Virus record (IMG/VR): IMGVR_UViG_3300037419_002114
DNA: 20,000 bases
DNA from: an uncultured virus (IMG/VR IMGVR_UViG_3300037419_002114)
Taxonomy: Duplodnaviria > Heunggongvirae > Uroviricota > Caudoviricetes
Strand: one strand, 5' to 3'
Below are positions 17,338 through 20,000 of this stretch, one piece after another. Each line of letters begins with the position of its first letter. Position 1 is the first letter of the stretch. The notes beneath the pieces were generated by a model. The model had not been told where the DNA came from, did no database searches, and saw only the letters and a list, made by a program, of their open reading frames with translations. The position numbers and the translations under genes are program-made.

Positions 17338-17684
17338 ATCACAGTCACCACACTCAACATCGGCTTTCCGGATAATCCTCGGATAACTTTAACCGACAGA
17401 ATCGAATAGATAACCTTGTTGCCAAGTTCGTCAATATACTGAATCTGATCGTCTAAGTCTAAGTCGATATGTTTATCAAAGAAAATCTCGCCAGTAGCAA
17501 CAATTTCTTTTCCACGCACATCACGAATCGAATGCATAGCAGAAGCGTTTTTCATCACTTTTGCCCCATCGTTAATTCGGCATTTTACTTCCACTGGCGG
17601 AAGGTCTATCTGTCCGCCCCACCCATCGGAAGTTTTGCTTTTGCGTAAGATGGTCACCTTTTGGTGCATAGGGATTAGTGGCAT
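17334..17684 (-). CDS. Head closure / head-tail adaptor protein
   Basis: MPLIPMHQKVTI...DGWG...VKCRI...DDQI pattern; gene order. Confidence 0.75.
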   Translation of the reverse strand: MPLIPMHQKVTILRKSKTSDGWGGQIDLPPVEVKCRINDGAKVMKNASAMHSIRDVRGKEIVATGEIFFDKHIDLDLDDQIQYIDELGNKVIYSILSVKVIRGLSGKPMLSVVTVI

Positions 17685-17685
17685 G

Positions 17686-18093
17686 TTACTTCATCCCTGT
17701 ATACCTTACTTTATAAGAAGCAGGCTTATTATTTGCCTTAGCGATCAACTGCACGCTAATTGGTGGGATTAGCGAAGTGAAGTCGATATAGTTCGCTTGG
17801 CGAACGCCCATACTCCGAAAAGAGAACGTTCCGAGCGATTGAATCGTAAAAGAATCGATACCTTGAAGCTGAAGTTTATTCGTATCGGAAAACATAATCG
17901 ATAACACATTAGCAAACTCGTAAACGGCAGGGTCGGGAATGATAAGGTTCGGATATGCGTCCGTAAGCGTTCGACTGGCTACATTTAAAAGTCTTGTTTT
18001 TTGGTCATCCTCAATGTTCGATACCCATTCTTCAACATCAATGCAATTAAGAGAAATATATTCGTTTGCAGAAGTTACATCCAAAATGAACAC
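17686..18093 (-). CDS. Head-tail connector (head completion) protein
   Basis: ANEYI...W...DQKTRLLNVASRTL...AVYE...GIDSFTI pattern; gene order after the capsid. The true start may be TTG at 18084, after GGAGGTG. Confidence 0.72.
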   Translation of the reverse strand: MFILDVTSANEYISLNCIDVEEWVSNIEDDQKTRLLNVASRTLTDAYPNLIIPDPAVYEFANVLSIMFSDTNKLQLQGIDSFTIQSLGTFSFRSMGVRQANYIDFTSLIPPISVQLIAKANNKPASYKVRYTGMK

Positions 18094-18098
18094 CTCCG

Positions 18099-18404
18099 TT
18101 ATTTAGTAGAGGATTTCTTTTTCGGCTTTTCTTCTGCCACTTCCTCCACTTTTACTTCTTCAACAGGTGAAACTTCCTCCGCAGGAACTTCCTCAACTAC
18201 TGCTTCTTCTTTTACTTCCTCTTGGACTTCATCCTTACAAGGACATTCAAGAACTTTAATATATTGAGGTGCAAGTGCTTTGAGAGCCTTTACTTCTTCT
18301 GCATCAGTTGTTTCATATTCGCCAAAGTAATCAAAACGGATTTCTTTGTCCGCAAATTTTACTTTATAGAATTGACTAGATTTAAATTTGTGTTTCTCGT
18401 TCAT
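18099..18404 (-). CDS. Small capsid-associated hypothetical protein with Glu/Val-rich low-complexity tail
   Basis: RBS AGGAGG. N-terminal IRFDYFGEYETTDAEEVKAL, then EEV repeats and a basic end. Lies immediately after the capsid gene. Confidence 0.8.
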   Translation of the reverse strand: MNEKHKFKSSQFYKVKFADKEIRFDYFGEYETTDAEEVKALKALAPQYIKVLECPCKDEVQEEVKEEAVVEEVPAEEVSPVEEVKVEEVAEEKPKKKSSTK

Positions 18405-18416
18405 CGTCTACCTCCT

Positions 18417-18446
18417 AAAAAAAAGAGGTGGCCATTACGCCACCTC
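18417..18446 (-). terminator. Intrinsic terminator after the major capsid gene
   Basis: Minus strand GAGGTGGC-GTAATG-GCCACCTC followed by T8, about 15 nt after the exon 2 stop. Confidence 0.85.
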
Positions 18447-18461
18447 ATGTTTTACCAACAA

Positions 18462-19848
18462 TTAAGAAACAGTTGTAGAAACGTTCTCGATGATGGCTAC
18501 TTTCTCTTTAGCGTTCTTCACGCGAAGACCGTATTCACCACGAATTTGACGAGCAACAAAGTCAGCCATTTTCTTTACGTTCTTGGCTTTTTATCCAAGA
18601 CTCCTATACCTTCTTATTCAGTATAGATGAGCATACATTTTCACCTTCAACTTGACTTGGTAAGGTGTCGAGCACTCGTGGGTTCATTATATTCTCTTGC
18701 GAGGTTCAGAACCTATGCGTTACGGTGAGCCACATCTATTACAATGTGCTTTACCTCGGTATTAGCATCTCAGCCTTCACCGATATTGCTCGATAATAAC
18801 ATAGATAATTTCTTACCTAAGCGGCAACTGATTTACCTGGGATCGATGCGTCAACGTCATACAATTGACGACCTTGAAGTGGAGCGAACTCAAGGATGTT
18901 GCGGTCAAACAGAACGATTTTATCTTTCGGCATGTTAGGGTCAACAACCAATACCGCTTCTCCGCCACCGATCATGTCGGAAACGATGGTGCTGATTTGG
19001 TGACCTGTTGCAGAATCCGTTCTTTGCGTACGGATAGCAGCATCTGCCATTTTGGAGATTTGACGAGCACCAGCCGTGTTAGTCAAGATGGTGTTAGCCA
19101 TTCCGCCCCTTTTGAAAATTTCTTCGAAAAGATCGTTAACGCCCTTAGCAGAAAGTTCTGCACCACCGTTGTTTACTTTGAAAGATCCTTCAAGGTTAGC
19201 GAAGTTCAAAAGTCCGCCAGTCATACGAGGTGCACCTGCACCAGCATCGATTCTACGTCCGTAGATGATGGAATCGTTCATCTCACGAGCAAGTTCTTTC
19301 AAACGAAGTTGAACTTGGTAGTTCAGTTCATCGCCAACGTTGTATACATTTGTGTGCATACGAGTGTTGGTAACAGAAGCGTAACGTTCGAAGATTTGAG
19401 TGTAGTTGAACTGTACCAAACGGTCATGTCCTTCGTCCACTCCAGGCATTGCACCCTCAAGTTGAGGACGAGCAACAATGCGAAGTTCATCGCCTGCATT
19501 ACCTGATACTGCAGTCGTTCCATCGAAACCACGAACAACTGTGATTTGGTCACCGTTTACTGCGGTTACTTTCATATACTCATCGCCAAAAACTAAAACG
19601 GCATTCACACGGAATTTACCGCCATCGCCAGCAATAAGTGTAATCGTAGTATCGCCAGCCGCGAAAGAAGCGGAAGCATTTGCACGATTAGAATTCAAAT
19701 GGTCTTGCATCCACTCAAATTTGGTCTGAGTGTGTGGTACTCCGTTAAGACCGATAAGACCAAGCAAAATAGGTGCATCGTTGATAATCAACGAGATACC
19801 TGCTTCGAGGTCGCGAATTTGGTCTTGGAAATCATAAGACTTTAACAT
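18462..19848 (-). CDS. Major capsid protein (SU10/DUF5309-like, 372 aa), split into exons 19848-18835 and 18566-18462
   Basis: RBS AAAGGGGAG. Motifs KFEWMQD, NYTQIF, ELNYQV...KELAREM and RMTGGL. Exon 2 supplies ADFVARQIRGEYGLRVKN...TTVS*, carrying the conserved GEYxL capsid C-terminal motif, and is followed by a terminator. Confidence 0.92.
18567..18834 (-). ncRNA. Group I intron (268 nt, ORF-less, subgroup IA-like) in the major capsid gene
   Basis: Junctions CCAGGU^AAAUCAGUUGCCG ... AAAAUG^GCUGAC. P1 GGU/GCC with U.G, P10 UCAGU/GCUGA, P3 UCGAGCA/UGCUCGA, P4 UCGGU/ACCGA, P7 GCAUA/UAUGC, extra stem GGUUC/GAACC, P8 CACCUU/AAGGUG. Phase-0 splicing restores the reading frame. Confidence 0.92.
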
Positions 19849-19934
19849 CGAAGGTTCTCCCCTTTAATTTACTTTTTTTTAGTATCAATATCACGCTTTT
19901 GGTCTTTATTGGAGTAACTACTCATCATCGCTTT

Positions 19935-20000
19935 TTATCCTTTTAACAGATTTTTTAGTTTGTTCGAAAGAGTAATTACTTTATTAAAGTCCTTTTTGCG
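19935..20000 (-). CDS. C-terminus of the upstream gene, probably capsid scaffolding protein (partial)
   Basis: Open frame RKKDFNKVITLSNKLKNLLKG* ending at 19935. Amphipathic basic helix directly upstream of the capsid gene. Identity is inferred from position only. Confidence 0.5.
   Translation of the reverse strand, partial: RKKDFNKVITLSNKLKNLLKG

Noticed and set aside
14876..18626. Plus-strand ORFs 14876-15082 and 18222-18626 share the C-terminus HFLYVLGFLSKTPIPSYSV
   Set aside because: This is the antisense translation of the near-identical 3' ends of the twin introns, not a duplicated protein domain.
14646..18834. Inserts as group II introns, IStrons, MITEs or inteins
   Set aside because: No GUGYG start or domain V, no transposase or RT ORF, no terminal inverted repeats or target duplications, and in-frame stops exclude inteins. 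U/G boundaries and P7 cores fit group I.
14646..18834. Intron-encoded homing endonuclease
   Set aside because: All three introns are 220-268 nt and fully accounted for by RNA structure. No HNH, GIY-YIG or LAGLIDADG ORF was recognised in the window.
204..19729. Numerous plus-strand and nested short ORFs in the track
   Set aside because: They are shadows of long minus-strand phage genes with good RBSs and coherent gene order, and their composition is implausible.
19895..19934. Hammerhead ribozyme upstream of the capsid gene (GAUGAG-hairpin)
   Set aside because: It lacks the CUGAUGA core and a correctly placed GAAA with flanking stems.

Overview
This window is the late (morphogenesis and lysis) region of a Firmicutes (Bacillales-like) contractile-tailed phage or prophage. 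Its tail module resembles PBSX/skin xkd/yqb genes, and every real gene is on the minus strand. In transcription order: probable scaffold C-terminus, major capsid protein, a small acidic protein, four head-tail joining genes, sheath, tail tube, tail assembly chaperone with a -1 frameshift extension, tape measure, LysM/XkdP, hub, XkdR/S/T/U-like baseplate genes, a C1q-tipped tail fibre, holin, a second membrane protein, a multi-domain amidase endolysin, a small beta-rich protein, and a large repeat-rich fibre-like ORF that runs off the left edge. The main finding is three compact, ORF-less group I introns interrupting core virion genes: one in the major capsid gene (18567-18834) and two in the tail tube gene (15023-15286 and 14646-14865). 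Splicing them in silico restores a 372-aa capsid protein and a 148-aa XkdM-like tube. The capsid intron and first tube intron are paralogues: they share an identical 13-nt guide sequence and 77/79 identical 3' nt, with compensatory base-pair changes in the helices between. This suggests one intron spread between two different structural genes with no homing endonuclease visible in this window. Protein family calls come from motif recognition and gene order, not database searches.
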